DNA of 64,000 nucleotides from Saccostrea cucullata. Lineage: Eukaryota. The stretch lies in assembly GCF_032062105.1 (NCBI RefSeq), contig NW_026937737.1:1-64000 (forward strand). Direction: 5' to 3'. The position numbers were made by a program, and so were the translations under genes. Numbering within the stretch: position 1 is the stretch's first letter; the number at the start of each line of letters is the position of its first letter. The notes under the pieces were generated by a model. That model did no database searches and had not been told where the DNA came from. It saw nothing but the letters and a program-made list of their open reading frames with translations. Below, in pieces: positions 40,400-52,227 of the stretch.

Positions 40400-42640
40400 T
40401 CAAATCTGGAAGTTGTAATTAGTAAGGCTGGCTACCCATCTCTGACTTGTTGCATCAATCTTGGCCTTGGTGAATATGTAAGTAAGCGGATTGTTGTCCG
40501 TGATTACCTCAAACTGATTTCCATATAAGTAGTCGTGTAGCTTGTCACAAACCGCCCATTTCAGCGCCAAGAACTCAAGCTTGTGTGCAGGGTAGTTTTT
40601 CTCACTGGGTCTCAGTCCTCTGCTTGCGTATGCGATCACCCTCTTCTGACCTCCTTGCACTTGATATAGGATTGCTCCTAGGCCTTTGGAACTGGCATCC
40701 GTATGTAGTATAAAAGGCTTGTTGTATTCCGCATACCCTAATACAGGTGGTGTTGTCAATTTTTGCTTGATGTCCTGGAAAGCCTTTTTCTCTGTTTCTG
40801 TCCAAATCCATGGTACTGGTTTCTTCTTGGAGTTTGGTTTACTGAGTGTCTTCTGCTTCTTACCAGTCTTGGTCTCATGGCCTTTCAACAAGTTGTTAAG
40901 TGGAGCAATGATACTGGCAAAGTTCTTCACAAATCGCCGGTAGTAGCCAATGAACCCCAAAAACTGTCTCAGCTCCTTAACATTGGTAGGTGTTGGCCAT
41001 TCCGCAACAGCAGCAACTTTTTCTGGGTCCGTGGAAATTCCTGACTCTGAAATGATATGACCTAGATATGTAACAGACTGTTTGAAAAATTCACATTTTG
41101 AAGGTTTAAGTTTTAAGCCATGTTCTTCTAATCTCTGAAACACTCTTTCTAAACGTTTACAATGTTCCTCGAAAGTTTTGGAAAAAATCAAAATATCGTC
41201 AAGAAAAATCAAACACTCTTTCAGATGAATTTCACCCATGCATTTCTCCATAAGTCTTTGAAACTTTGCTGGAGCATTTGTCAAGCCAAAACACATCCTA
41301 TTACATTCGTAAAATCCAAAGTTACCTACTGAGAAAGCTGTTTTGTGTTTGTCCTGTTCCTCTATCTCCACCTGCCAGTATCCTGACTGCAAGTCTAATT
41401 TACTGAAGTACTTGGCACCACTCAGTGTATCAATGACATCGTCAAAGCGTGGTAGCATGTAACAGTCTTTACGACTCTTTGAATTCAAAACGCGCATATA
41501 ATTACAAAAACTAAGAGAACCGTCTGTTTTCCTAACTAAGACAACATTAGAACTATAGTTACTATGGGATTCTCTAATCACACCTGCCTGTAGCATTTCT
41601 TTGATATGCTGTCTCACTTCATCATACATACCAGGAGGTATTCTCCTGTAAGGTAACTTAAATGGAGTCTCATCTTCAAGTTTGATACTATGTTTCACCA
41701 AGTCTGTCTTCCCTAGATCCAATGGACCTCTGGAGAAAACATGACTGTACTTTGTAAGTAATTGGTTTACAGTTTTATACTGTGGTTCTGATAATGAAGT
41801 CTTATCTACTTTCACACCTAACTCTATAGGACTCACATTATCTGACTGAGAGTTATTCCCCTTTAGGGTAGATACACTTTCAATAACTTTTGCCTCCTGT
41901 AGAGAACAAAGTATTGAATTGGGTCTCAGTGTAATAGGTTTAGCAGAAATATTGCACACCTTGACTCTGACTTTGGGTTTGACAGTATTCTGTGACAAAG
42001 TGACAACTCTCGGACACACTGCATAACTGTCATTACTCTGAGAATTCTCAGTCACTAAAGTAGAAATATTTCTGTCTACACCTCTTGCTATTCCATTGAC
42101 AACAAGCGACTGATATGGTTCTATAGTTATGTTTTTCTTGCTAGTTGTCTTGACACAAAATGACTTGTACTGTGTACTGTCAATAGCCAATCGCCATGCA
42201 TCAGGTAACTGAGAGGACACATGGGAGTAATAATCTCTACAGATTCTCAAAATATTTGTTCCAACAATAACAGGACAGTTTCTGTTGAACTCTGTATCTG
42301 GTACTATCACGATTAGAACAAATAGTTCAATATCAAGTAACTTGATTGTACACTCAGTGTAACCTTTGTACTGCAGAACTGAACCATCTGCTACAGATAT
42401 TTGCAGTCCAAGGGTAGACAACTCTTTCAACTCTGGTTTGTCTTTAAGATTGTTGTACTCTTTTTCAGACAATGTAGTTATCATAGACCCACTGTCTAAT
42501 AAAGCATTCATAGTCACACCCTGTAACACAATTTCCACTTCATTTGACTCACCAATCATGTCACATTTAATTTGTTGGCCATTACCTCTGGGTACACTGG
42601 TCTCTCCTCGACCACTAGTAGAAACCACTAAAAGTTTGGG
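40400..42640 (-). CDS. Gypsy pol: aspartic protease, RT, RNase H (prematurely terminated at 40400)
   Basis: ALLDSGS; SKLDLQSGYWQV; IFLDDILIF; LHTDASSKGLGA; TDNNPL. Confidence 0.95.
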   Translation of the reverse strand, partial: PKLLVVSTSGRGETSVPRGNGQQIKCDMIGESNEVEIVLQGVTMNALLDSGSMITTLSEKEYNNLKDKPELKELSTLGLQISVADGSVLQYKGYTECTIKLLDIELFVLIVIVPDTEFNRNCPVIVGTNILRICRDYYSHVSSQLPDAWRLAIDSTQYKSFCVKTTSKKNITIEPYQSLVVNGIARGVDRNISTLVTENSQSNDSYAVCPRVVTLSQNTVKPKVRVKVCNISAKPITLRPNSILCSLQEAKVIESVSTLKGNNSQSDNVSPIELGVKVDKTSLSEPQYKTVNQLLTKYSHVFSRGPLDLGKTDLVKHSIKLEDETPFKLPYRRIPPGMYDEVRQHIKEMLQAGVIRESHSNYSSNVVLVRKTDGSLSFCNYMRVLNSKSRKDCYMLPRFDDVIDTLSGAKYFSKLDLQSGYWQVEIEEQDKHKTAFSVGNFGFYECNRMCFGLTNAPAKFQRLMEKCMGEIHLKECLIFLDDILIFSKTFEEHCKRLERVFQRLEEHGLKLKPSKCEFFKQSVTYLGHIISESGISTDPEKVAAVAEWPTPTNVKELRQFLGFIGYYRRFVKNFASIIAPLNNLLKGHETKTGKKQKTLSKPNSKKKPVPWIWTETEKKAFQDIKQKLTTPPVLGYAEYNKPFILHTDASSKGLGAILYQVQGGQKRVIAYASRGLRPSEKNYPAHKLEFLALKWAVCDKLHDYLYGNQFEVITDNNPLTYIFTKAKIDATSQRWVASLTNYNFQI

Positions 42641-43956
42641 TCCTGCTTCTCTGCCCCTGAATTATGATACTGTCCCTTGGGCTTACCATATCCTCTATTC
42701 TGACCTTTCTGGTTTCCCCGACTTCCTCTGTAGGAGTTACTACTGTGAGAATTTCCCCTAAAATACTCACCTCTTCCTCTGTTAGTACTCTGTCTTCCTC
42801 TGAAGCTACCTCTCACTCTACTATAATCTTGTCTAAAGTCAACTTTAGGTGCATCAAGTTTCATCAAAATCTGACTAAACTTATCCTCAATCTTACCCTC
42901 TAACTCTTTCTGTAAATTCTGAATTCTCTTGTTAATTCTTTCCTCAGCTTCACTTTCTACTGCTATCCCATGTTGATGTAACCTGGGATTTTTATCAACA
43001 CCTTGACTCACCTTTTCTGAACTCTTTTTGTTGATCATAATTTCTTTCTCAACCCTTCTAATCTCAAGTAAAAGCTGATCATAGTTCTTAAGCGTATCAT
43101 ACTTATGACGCGTTTGTGATTTTAACCCATCAGAACTCAACGAAGTCCAGAATTTATGACGGAGTAAATCATTCTTTGATGATTTGTTCAAATAACCATT
43201 GTTAATTGCATTTTGTAACATGCTTTCTAACCAACACCCAAAAGATGTTGCACACTCTCCCTGAAATTGATATGCATTAAAGAACTCTTGCATGATCATA
43301 GCATTATTTGACACTTCACCAAATAAAATATTTAGTTTGTCAAGTATTTCTTGTACACTAGCTTTTTCACCGAGAGGAATAAGCATGGTTTAAGCTGTAC
43401 CCCGCAGAGATCTTCTGATACTCTGAATAATTACTGTCTCTTTTTTTTCATGATCATTCATAAGACACTGAACCTCATATTGCCACTCTCTATAAGTAAC
43501 ATCACCCTTTTGTGGGGGTTCATCACCAGAAAACTGGGGAATTCTAGGGATTTGAGAATGTGTTACCTCATAAAAATGGGATGTGTTCCCTTCTTGACTT
43601 ACTTTCAAGGGATTGCTTTGAAGGGGTAAACCACTGAAACTCTTAAATTTAACCTCACCATAGGGGTCACCTTTACCAATGTCAGCTGGTACACTGGGAG
43701 GGGGTGGGAATTGGTATGGTTCAGAAGTTTTACCACTGGCTACAGAAGTTTTAGCATTGGGGAACATTAATGGCTTTTGATCTTTACTTACAACAGGAGT
43801 ACTTGTTTTTGGAACATCCGCCTCTGAAACACCTGCAAAGTCCAACTTACTTTCCTCATGCAATGAACCACCCTCTTCTTTAGCCTTATCAAGTAACTTC
43901 TTGAGTTTTTCAGACACCTTATCTGCCTTTTTAGACTCTTCAACCTTATCTGCCAT
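42628..43956 (-). pseudogene. PNMA-like Gypsy gag with one in-frame stop at ~43390
   Basis: ORFs 43390-43980 and 42628-43386 share a frame: IPQFSGDEPPQKGDVTYREW...IRRSLRGTA*TMLIPLG; RG-rich C terminus. Confidence 0.88.
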
Positions 43957-45199
43957 TTTAGACTCTTCAACTTTGTACACAAGTCAAACAAACTTTCAAT
44001 AACACTAAAATCTTCAACTAATGGTCACTCAAATGTATCACTTACAAGTAATAAACTTGATAAAGTACAAGTACAAGTAACGTGTAATTACCTGTTATGT
44101 CAATTCATAAAAACGCAGCGCAGATATGCAATATGCAAATCTCATGAAAAATAGTATTGGCAAGCACATACAAACACTCAGACAAGGTAACACTCATGCA
44201 CATCATCTGTCACTAAAGGTCAAGGTTGCCATGTCAGTGCAAAGGTTAGTTGCATGCAAGGGAAGTGCAAAGAAATGATGACCTAATTTCTAATACAAAG
44301 GTTTTTTCAACTAATTCCCGGTATAATCAATTTCCAAAAGTACACAAATATAATTCAATTCCAAAACAGAAATGATAAACTTTTCAACTTTTCAGAAAAA
44401 AAAAATCAAAACAAAAATAAACAAATAACCTTACAAGTAAATAAATAGCAGGCCTGAATAAAAAAAATACTTTTATAAACACCAAAGAAAAAAAAATAAA
44501 GTTCAAATGTTAAACAGAATTGAAAATAAACAAATCGAAAAACAAAATTGATCGATCAGTTGTTTACACAATTTCCGGAAGCTTGTTCTAAATTTAGATC
44601 TAAAAATAAACTCGGGAATTCCCTATGCAAGACAATGACAAAAATACAGAACAAATTCAATCTTTTGCAGCACAAATACAAACACAAATACAACACAAAT
44701 ACTATGTGTATTCACATCATCAGAACAAATAAACACTGAATTTCACAGTACCTGAGGCCTCGTTGCTTAGTTCCGAGTTTCCGCGCGGATCAATGCGGTT
44801 CGTGCGGGTCACGTGGTTCGCCGCGCCTTTGAATCCGTGCGTATTCCCGCCATTCGTGAAACACTGAATTCGTCGTAAAGTTGACACACTTTTTCACTCT
44901 GTCGTTCCTTGGTAATAACGGAATATAAACGCACAGGCACAAACACACACTGAATCACCTCTTCATATGGGTTTCCATGGTATCTATAGGTACTGGCGTG
45001 AAAATAGAAGTAACCGCTCCGGCTCGTCTCAGCCACGGTCCTCGTCTCAATAAGTCCGTCCCCCGGGGATTGAGATTCCAAGGAAATAAAGCTGTGGTGT
45101 GATGTCCCGGTTTATTCCCAGATAGCAGGATGTTATTGGATCTTTGTTGGGCCAACAACGCTCCTTATATTGGACCACCGTTTGAATTAAACATTGGGC

Positions 45200-45690
45200 C
45201 ATCGGTAATTTGCTCATCGGCCCTTAATCAAACCAACTTGTTGGCTTATTGTTGGGCCAATGTAACAGTTAATATTGGGCCACTGTTGGGCCAATGTATT
45301 ATTTCAATATTGGGCAAACGTCATTTTTGTACAATTGGGCCATTGTAACATGTAAGCAACTAATGTTGGGCCAACGGAAACTTGCTCATCGGCCCTTAAT
45401 CCAACCAACTTGTTGGCGTATTGTTGGGCCAATGTAACAGTTTATATTGGGCCACTGTTGGGCCAATGTATTTTTTCAATGTTGGGCAAACGTCATTTTT
45501 GTACAGTTGGGCCATTGTAAGCAATTAATGTTGGGCTAACGCGGCAATTTGCTCATTGGCCCTTAATCAGACCAACTTGTTGGCTTATTGTTGGACCAGT
45601 GTAACGGGTATTATTGAGCCATTGTTGGGTCACTTATTCTTTCAATATTAGGAAAACATCATTTTTGGGCTAACGTTGGTTTGTATGTTA
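45200..45690. repeat. ~170-bp tandem repeat, ~2.8 copies
   Basis: TGCTCATCGGCCCTTAATC recurs at 45211, 45383 and 45550. Confidence 0.9.
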
Positions 45691-46389
45691 TTGGCTCTCC
45701 ATCATAACAACTCCTTTGCTCTTCATTGATTGGCCTTTTGTCCTCAAAATTGACAAACAAATAAATACAGTAAGGATATACTTTTGTAGTACAGTTTAAT
45801 GGTAAAAGCCCTTTAATACTATCTATATATGCCATATATGCTAGATTAATAGTTTAATACATATTCTCAATACCTCATAGAATTGCCATCAACATGTATT
45901 GCATTGAAAGTAGCTCTACATTAATTAAAAAACTGAGGAAAAAGAAATCAAAATATAAATTAAATTATAACATACTATAATTTTATTGCTCAGTGTATGA
46001 AGAAAACATTAATAAAGAATTAAAAGTTGATGCTCACTTCAAGCGATACATGTAGGGTTACATGACTGTATACTCCCTCTCTGATGTAAATTATGCACAA
46101 GTTCAGTAAATTACAAGTATCAATAAGCACGTCTAACAAATAAACAAAACCCCCCTGTTCTTAAAATAATACTAAAATGAATCCCGTCATTTTGTTTACT
46201 TACACAAAAAAAAAATGTTTCTGGCATCTGCATCGTGTTTGTAACCGACAGACACAAAAAAGGGTAGAACTACAGGTATGTCACACTATATTACAGAAAA
46301 AAGTTAGGCGCTGCCACTTTCCATCTGATCCCTCTCCTAAGTCTCCACTTCTCTCTCCCAAGTCTCCTCCCCTTCTTTTCTTCTCTGTC

Positions 46390-46476
46390 TGTTTCTTCCT
46401 CCCCATCCCTGTCCTTGGCATAGCTTAGCCATTCTTTGATTGTGTTCTCCATGTCTTTTTAGAATCTCCAGTAGCA
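46390..46476 (-). pseudogene. DUF4806-like terminal exon relic
   Basis: KDMENTIKEWLSYAKDRDG after a TTTTAG acceptor. Confidence 0.55.
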
Positions 46477-48245
46477 CTAAAATTGTATTATTTGGTACTT
46501 AATACATTTGTTACTTTTTTCAGTAAAGAGTAAACATACGATTAAATTTACAAATATATCACTATTTGTTTAAGCTGTCAATTAAGGAATAACCGTCTTT
46601 TTTGTTTCATGGTGTGATGAAGTGTTTAGCTTGCGTGATGAAGGCATTTATGCATAATATTTAAACGCTTGATAATCATCATCACAACAATTTTGGTTCA
46701 ATGTTGCCCCATATAAAATACACGTATTGAAAATTTGTCGTTACACTGAACAAATTTTAAATGATAAAACCAATTCATTTTTAGTACTGCATAAATTTTG
46801 TTTTAACTTCAGCAAGTTCAACATTTTCAAAATGTTTAATCATGTACTCGACAATAAGTGTATATAAGTAAATTAAGTGGTAGACTTCGGAAATGTAATC
46901 TACTAGACACAAATTTCAATTTAAATAAGGAGCAAATTATTTATTGTTTTAACTGTATCAAAACACATTTTTATACTTTCATTTATTTTTCTTGTATAGA
47001 AACAAAAAAAAATTAATCAATGATAATTTATTTTGTTTTAATAAATTAGAAGAATTTTAAATTCAATTTAGCTAGCTTGAATTTTTAAGTAGGATTGGTT
47101 GTAGATTTTATCTGATTGTAGAGACGATCAGATTTGGTAATATACAGATTTGTAATAATTAAATGTTTTTACAGATTGGCCCAATGTTGGTCCAATATAT
47201 CGGGCTAACGTTGGGCAAAGGAGCAAAATGACACTGGCCCAATGTTCTTGTTGACGTTTCGCCAACAATGTCGCATTCATTGGGTCAATGTTGGCGCAAC
47301 GTTGGGCCAATATCTGTAAAAATAACACTCTACATTGGCCCAAAGTTGGCCCAACATATCGGGCCAACGTTGGGCCGATGAGCAAACTTAGATTGGGTCA
47401 ATGCCATTTGCCAACATTGGCCCGATGAAACCGATTACATTGGCCCAACGTTGGCCCAATGTTAGCATGCTATCTGTACAGTGTTGACCCAACAGCACCT
47501 AGCCTCTGCACTTCTCCCTGTCTCATTTACACAGATTTGTACATGATATCGTTTAAAAACTAAACGTTAATTCGTTAATACTTACAAAGTGGATGCAGAT
47601 ATGCAAGGTATCAGTCTCATTACGCTCGTGTCAGATTAAAAATGGCGCGGATATTACAAGTGGCCCGGTTGTTGTCTACCCATGATGCTCAGTCAGATTC
47701 CTGGTATGTTGGGCCAACGTAGGGCCGATCCCAATCCCCAAACAAATATTGTCTCTCAAGATAATAGTTTTATAATATAATGCCAACAATTAGCCCAACA
47801 TTAGCGCACTATTATACATAACTAGCTATCAATATTCCATGTTGGGCCATTGTTGGCCCAATCAAGGTAACCCAACATAGATAATAGAACCATAATGTAA
47901 GATTTGCCAACGGTGTTTTGCTATCTGGGTAATTACAAATAAATAAGCATATACACAATTCAAAAAATAGAAGAAAAAAAAACACTCTTTGGTGCTTGAT
48001 CACTTAAGTGCAAAGTTAAAATGTTGAAAATATCATATCTAAACAAAAGCAATCATCCAATGATAAGCATGGACATAGAAAGTTCTCTTAATTATTTCAG
48101 AATGTGTCAACGTTGTCCCAACGTAAAGCTCAGCAGCTAATTATAAAATTGACACCATCAATTAGTTGGCAGTATAATAATTGGGCAAACGTTGGCCCAA
48201 TATAAATATCCTATCTTTGAAAGACCTAAACAAAATAACACTTGT

Positions 48246-50910
48246 GTGTATTACAAACACTGTGCCAACGTTGGGCCAACATACTACTACCAACTTGATA
48301 GGACACGTTCTTTAAGGGTGTATTACAAACAATGGGCCAACGTTGGGCCAACATACTACTACCAACTTGATAGGACATGTTCTTTAAGGGTGTATTACAA
48401 ACAATGTGCCAACGTTGGGCCAACATAATACTACCACCCCTGCGAAATGATATTCATGATTTTAAGAACCTTTATGAGTTGTTCATAATTGTTCATGAAT
48501 GGTTCTTAAAGGATTCTTAACAGGTTCATAAAAGTAGTTCATGAATAAAATTCATGAAAACATTCATAATTCATAGTTCATGAACAAATGATGAACAAAT
48601 ATGAATATTGGTAATTTTCAGTTTAAAGAAAAAAAAAACTTAATAGTTCAAGGTAATGAATGTTCATAAATTTTCATGAAGACTAAAAATGTAAAAATAA
48701 TTGTCACAAATGATCGCCAGAAAACACTCATTACTCCCATAATACAATTTTTACATGCAGATGCAATTGTGGAACAAGCCCCTGATTAAATTAATAACAT
48801 GCTTTTGTTTTGATTTTGAAAGTATGGGACCAGAGCCGAGTAGGGGAACATAAGAGGTTAAAATCACTACTCTATGTAATTGATAACTTAGATTCTTCAG
48901 GATAAAAAAAAATCTGTTATGAACTGTCTAGAATGGAGATTATAATTAAATTATGATCGTAATTTAAAGAACACTGCATCAATATTGACAGCATTATTTC
49001 TCATATTGAATTACTAATGTTTCTTTATCATTTAAATTGGCCAGCTATATTAATATTGTGTTTTAAATTATCTCATTTTTCACGATACAACATTGTTCGA
49101 CCGAATTTTCTCTATTTGTCAAACTTTTAACAAGTTGTAAGTAAATGAAACAGACTTACAGTCTAAGAAAAATTTCATAATATTCGTAAAAACGTATCAT
49201 AAATTTATTGACAACTAAACAATTATATCTCTTGTCCGTTCTGTACTGTACCATTCTTGGGTCGAAAAGCTTTATATATTTTGGTGCAATTATAAAGTCA
49301 CATTTTTCTGTCCATTGTGTGTAAATAATACAGCACAGGCTGCATGGTTGTGAAGAAGCTATGACATGAACCACATTCGTATTTTGTAGTCTATTCTCCT
49401 ATACACTTTTATGGCTTAGGGTACTCAGTTTGAGGGTGAGTGGTTCCACAGATATTTGTTGTCCTCTGATATTGAGGCGGCCATACTTGAATACGAAACT
49501 ATGGCTGTACAGGTATAATGTAAAAGAAATCCAATTCAATAAATGATAAAACTTATATTAATTTAAAAAAATTAATTTCAGTGAAAAATCATTCAGATAG
49601 TGTTTGCTATTTTTTGTTTAACAAAAATCTTGGCAATTCGAAACTATTTATTAATTAGCTCTGCATGACACTTTTTAAAAGGCGCAAACTTTGAAACGCG
49701 CGAGACGTTGGAAAGTGAATCGGTAGAGTGGGACGATTATTAGCGTAGTTATTCTTTGTCAACCTTTGAAGAAAATATCAGAATACGAAGAAGGAATATC
49801 CAGAGGATCAATTTACTTCATAACTGCAGATATTAGTAGTGAGTTACAAAAAAAATGGAGGCAATCGCTAAATCTGTAAGATATTTTTCAAGATGTTACT
49901 GTCTATTTGTAAGAGTTCAGTTTTGTCCTTTTTAATGAAAATTTTGTCAAATTTTGTTATGAGTAAGGATCCAACCAAATTACGTTTCATTTAATAATTA
50001 AAGATTGAAACATTCATCCTGTTCACCTGTAACATCTTGAACTTGGCGGACCAGGGAAACAGGTTAAAATTTTAGCTTTTAATCCTGTTCGGAATGCTTT
50101 AAAAAATGGCAGTGCCTATGAAATTGAAAATTTTCATAATTATACTAGGAATCAATGAACTACATAATTTATTTATTATCGTTATCACTTTTTAGAGTTG
50201 TTTACTTGAACAAAGGTTTTGTTACCATGATTGGCAAACAAAAATTCTGTGAAATCTTTTAAGATGCTATTAAAATATTTTCTTTTACAGTTTTTCATTT
50301 TGCATAACTTACTACATTTTTGTTTACAAAAAGCAAGAACATTCATGAATAGTTCATGAACATTCCTAAATAACTTTTACAAATTATTCATGAATAGTTT
50401 ATAACAATGCATTGAACTTATTAATATCATTCATTAACTTTTCTTGAAAGTTCAAGAATATAATTCATGAACTTTTCTTGAAGGTTCAAGAATTATTCTT
50501 GATCATTTTGCAGGCATTTAAAAAATCCAAGTTTGTTCATGAACAACAAATAATTCTTGAATATTCTTGAACTTGGTTTTCATGAATAAAATCCATGAAA
50601 TCATGAGTGTCCAATTTTAACTTCATGGGATCTTCATGAGCAATTCATGAGCTGATTCAAGAATATAATTCATGAACTTTTCTTAAAAGTTCAAGAATTA
50701 TTCTTGATCATTTCGCAGGGGCAACTTGATAAGGCACTTTTTTAAAGGATGTATTACAAACATTGTGCCAACGTTGGGCCAACATACTACTACAAACTTG
50801 ATAAGGCACTTTCTTTAAGGGTGTATTACAAACAATGGGCCAACGTTGGGCCAACATACTACTACCAACTTGTAAATACACTTTCTTTAAGGGTGTTTTA
50901 TAAACATAGG
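48246..50910. repeat. 72-bp tandem repeat array split by the 48437-50721 insertion
   Basis: GTGTATTACAAAC..GCCAACGTTGGGCCAACATACTACTACCAACTTGATA at 48246, 48318 and 48390, resuming at 50722. Confidence 0.9.
48437..50721. mobile_element. Second EnSpm/CMC-like non-autonomous element, nested
   Basis: Perfect TIR CCCCTGCGAAATGAT / ATCATTTCGCAGGGG; 2-bp TSD CA; TTCATGAA subterminal palindromes. Confidence 0.88.
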
Positions 50911-51136
50911 TCCAACGTTGGGTCAACGCCATGATTCTTCCTTCTTTGGAAACTAAAGTGAATGGAAGTTGCTTACGTAGGACCAACGTTGGGCCACTAT
51001 AGGAATTTCGTCATAGTCGAAAAGGTTGACTTGGTAACATGGGTCCAACGTTGGCCCAACGTTGTTCCCCCAACGCCAACCATACAACCTTTAACAAATG
51101 TTGGTCCAACATTGTCATGCTATCTGGATTAGAATT

Positions 51137-51148
51137 ACGTGGGCGCCA
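51137..51148 (-). promoter_or_regulatory. Primer-binding site, probably tRNA-Lys
   Basis: TGGCGCCCACGT 2 nt inside the 5' LTR; one base short of the tRNA-Lys(CTT) complement TGGCGCCCAACGT. Confidence 0.8.
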
Positions 51149-51150
51149 TT

Positions 51151-51616
51151 TGTAGCCAGTGGTAAAACATCAGAAATAACAATGTGGTTCAGGTTCAATA
51201 TTATATTTATGAATGTTGAAATAATACGTCAAAAACCTGAAATATTACAATTACACACAAGATATAATATACGACACATAGACAGACATTTAGACAGATA
51301 ATTAAAACATAATAGACTTTACTTTATAATAGATTTCTTACCGGGACACACACAGGAATCACAAATATTACTATCTGTACAGGTATATATAATATTGTAG
51401 AGTACACATCTAACCAATTCAACGGCTAGGCTCAGAGTGCCCGATGTTAGTGCGTGAAAGCGGGAATTCAGTGAATAGGATAAAGTCATGTGACTGTCCG
51501 TCTAGTGTCTAAAAATAACAACTACCTCATTCACACAACCTTTCATACCACATTCTCACATATACGCAGCGCAAGTATAATACGGCATTAAATAATAATA
51601 CATAACCCTGGTTATA
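51151..51616 (-). repeat. 5' LTR
   Basis: Direct repeat of 37475-37934, followed by the TAGG TSD. Confidence 0.95.
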
Positions 51617-51837
51617 TAGGTATATTCTGTTCAAACAAAATACCATAAGCGGTCTTAGAAAAGTATTGTTGAAATGGTACATTTAATAACTTGATTATTT
51701 GTAGACATCAAGAATTAGATTTCTTATTTGCAACATATTCGAGTGTTATTAATAATGTAAAAGTAAGAAGAGACGAACATATTCTTTTCTGTCAGAGGAA
51801 TATCAAGAATCTTGTTTAAATCAGTATTTTATAAGTG

Positions 51838-52170
51838 GATGATCGATTGATTGGTCTTTTACGTCTCACTCGAGAATGATTTATTCCTAAAGAGAAGTCA
51901 CTATATACCGGAGAAGAGCTTAAAATTTTGACCTTTACTTGACACGGCTATTGAGCAGTGAGAGATCTGTATCGCGCCATTGTCAACTTCAGTTTTTAAG
52001 GTCTCAGCGACGGACCCGCAATATTCACTTCAAAGTGTCGAGCGTATGGCGAAGAAACAGTTGGTACCCATTTTTTTTTATCGACATACTTCAGTCGCAT
52101 CCGAAATTCGAACTCACAACCTTCCGAACACTGAAAGAGTCTTCCAGCGATTGAGCTGCCATGACGGCCC
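51838..52170 (-). mobile_element. tRNA-derived SINE, diverged copy
   Basis: Similar to 5306-5572; Pol III box-like head at ~52100-52170. Confidence 0.75.
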
Positions 52171-52227
52171 ATGGTTGATACATTGACTTAATATGCAAAT
52201 ACAGTCGATCAAGTAGATTTGAAACGA

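Larger units (their letters stand above)
45117..51128. mobile_element. EnSpm/CMC-like non-autonomous (composite) element in the Gypsy 5' UTR
   Basis: Ends CCCAGATAGCA / TGCTATCTGGA; 2-bp TSD TT; many TTGGCCCAACGTTGGGCCAA-type subterminal palindromes. Confidence 0.8.
37475..51616 (-). mobile_element. Full-length Ty3/Gypsy LTR retrotransposon (defective, with ~6 kb of nested insertions)
   Basis: Two ~460-bp LTRs, TAGG TSD (37471-37474 and 51617-51620), PBS, PPT, gag-PR-RT-RH-IN order. Confidence 0.97.

Noticed and set aside
39438-43629. Plus-strand ORFs over gag and pol
   Set aside because: Antisense shadows with no motifs
48246-50910. CRISPR-like array of palindromic repeats
   Set aside because: The intervening sequences are near-identical (a true 72-bp tandem repeat), there are no cas genes, and the context is a eukaryotic transposon
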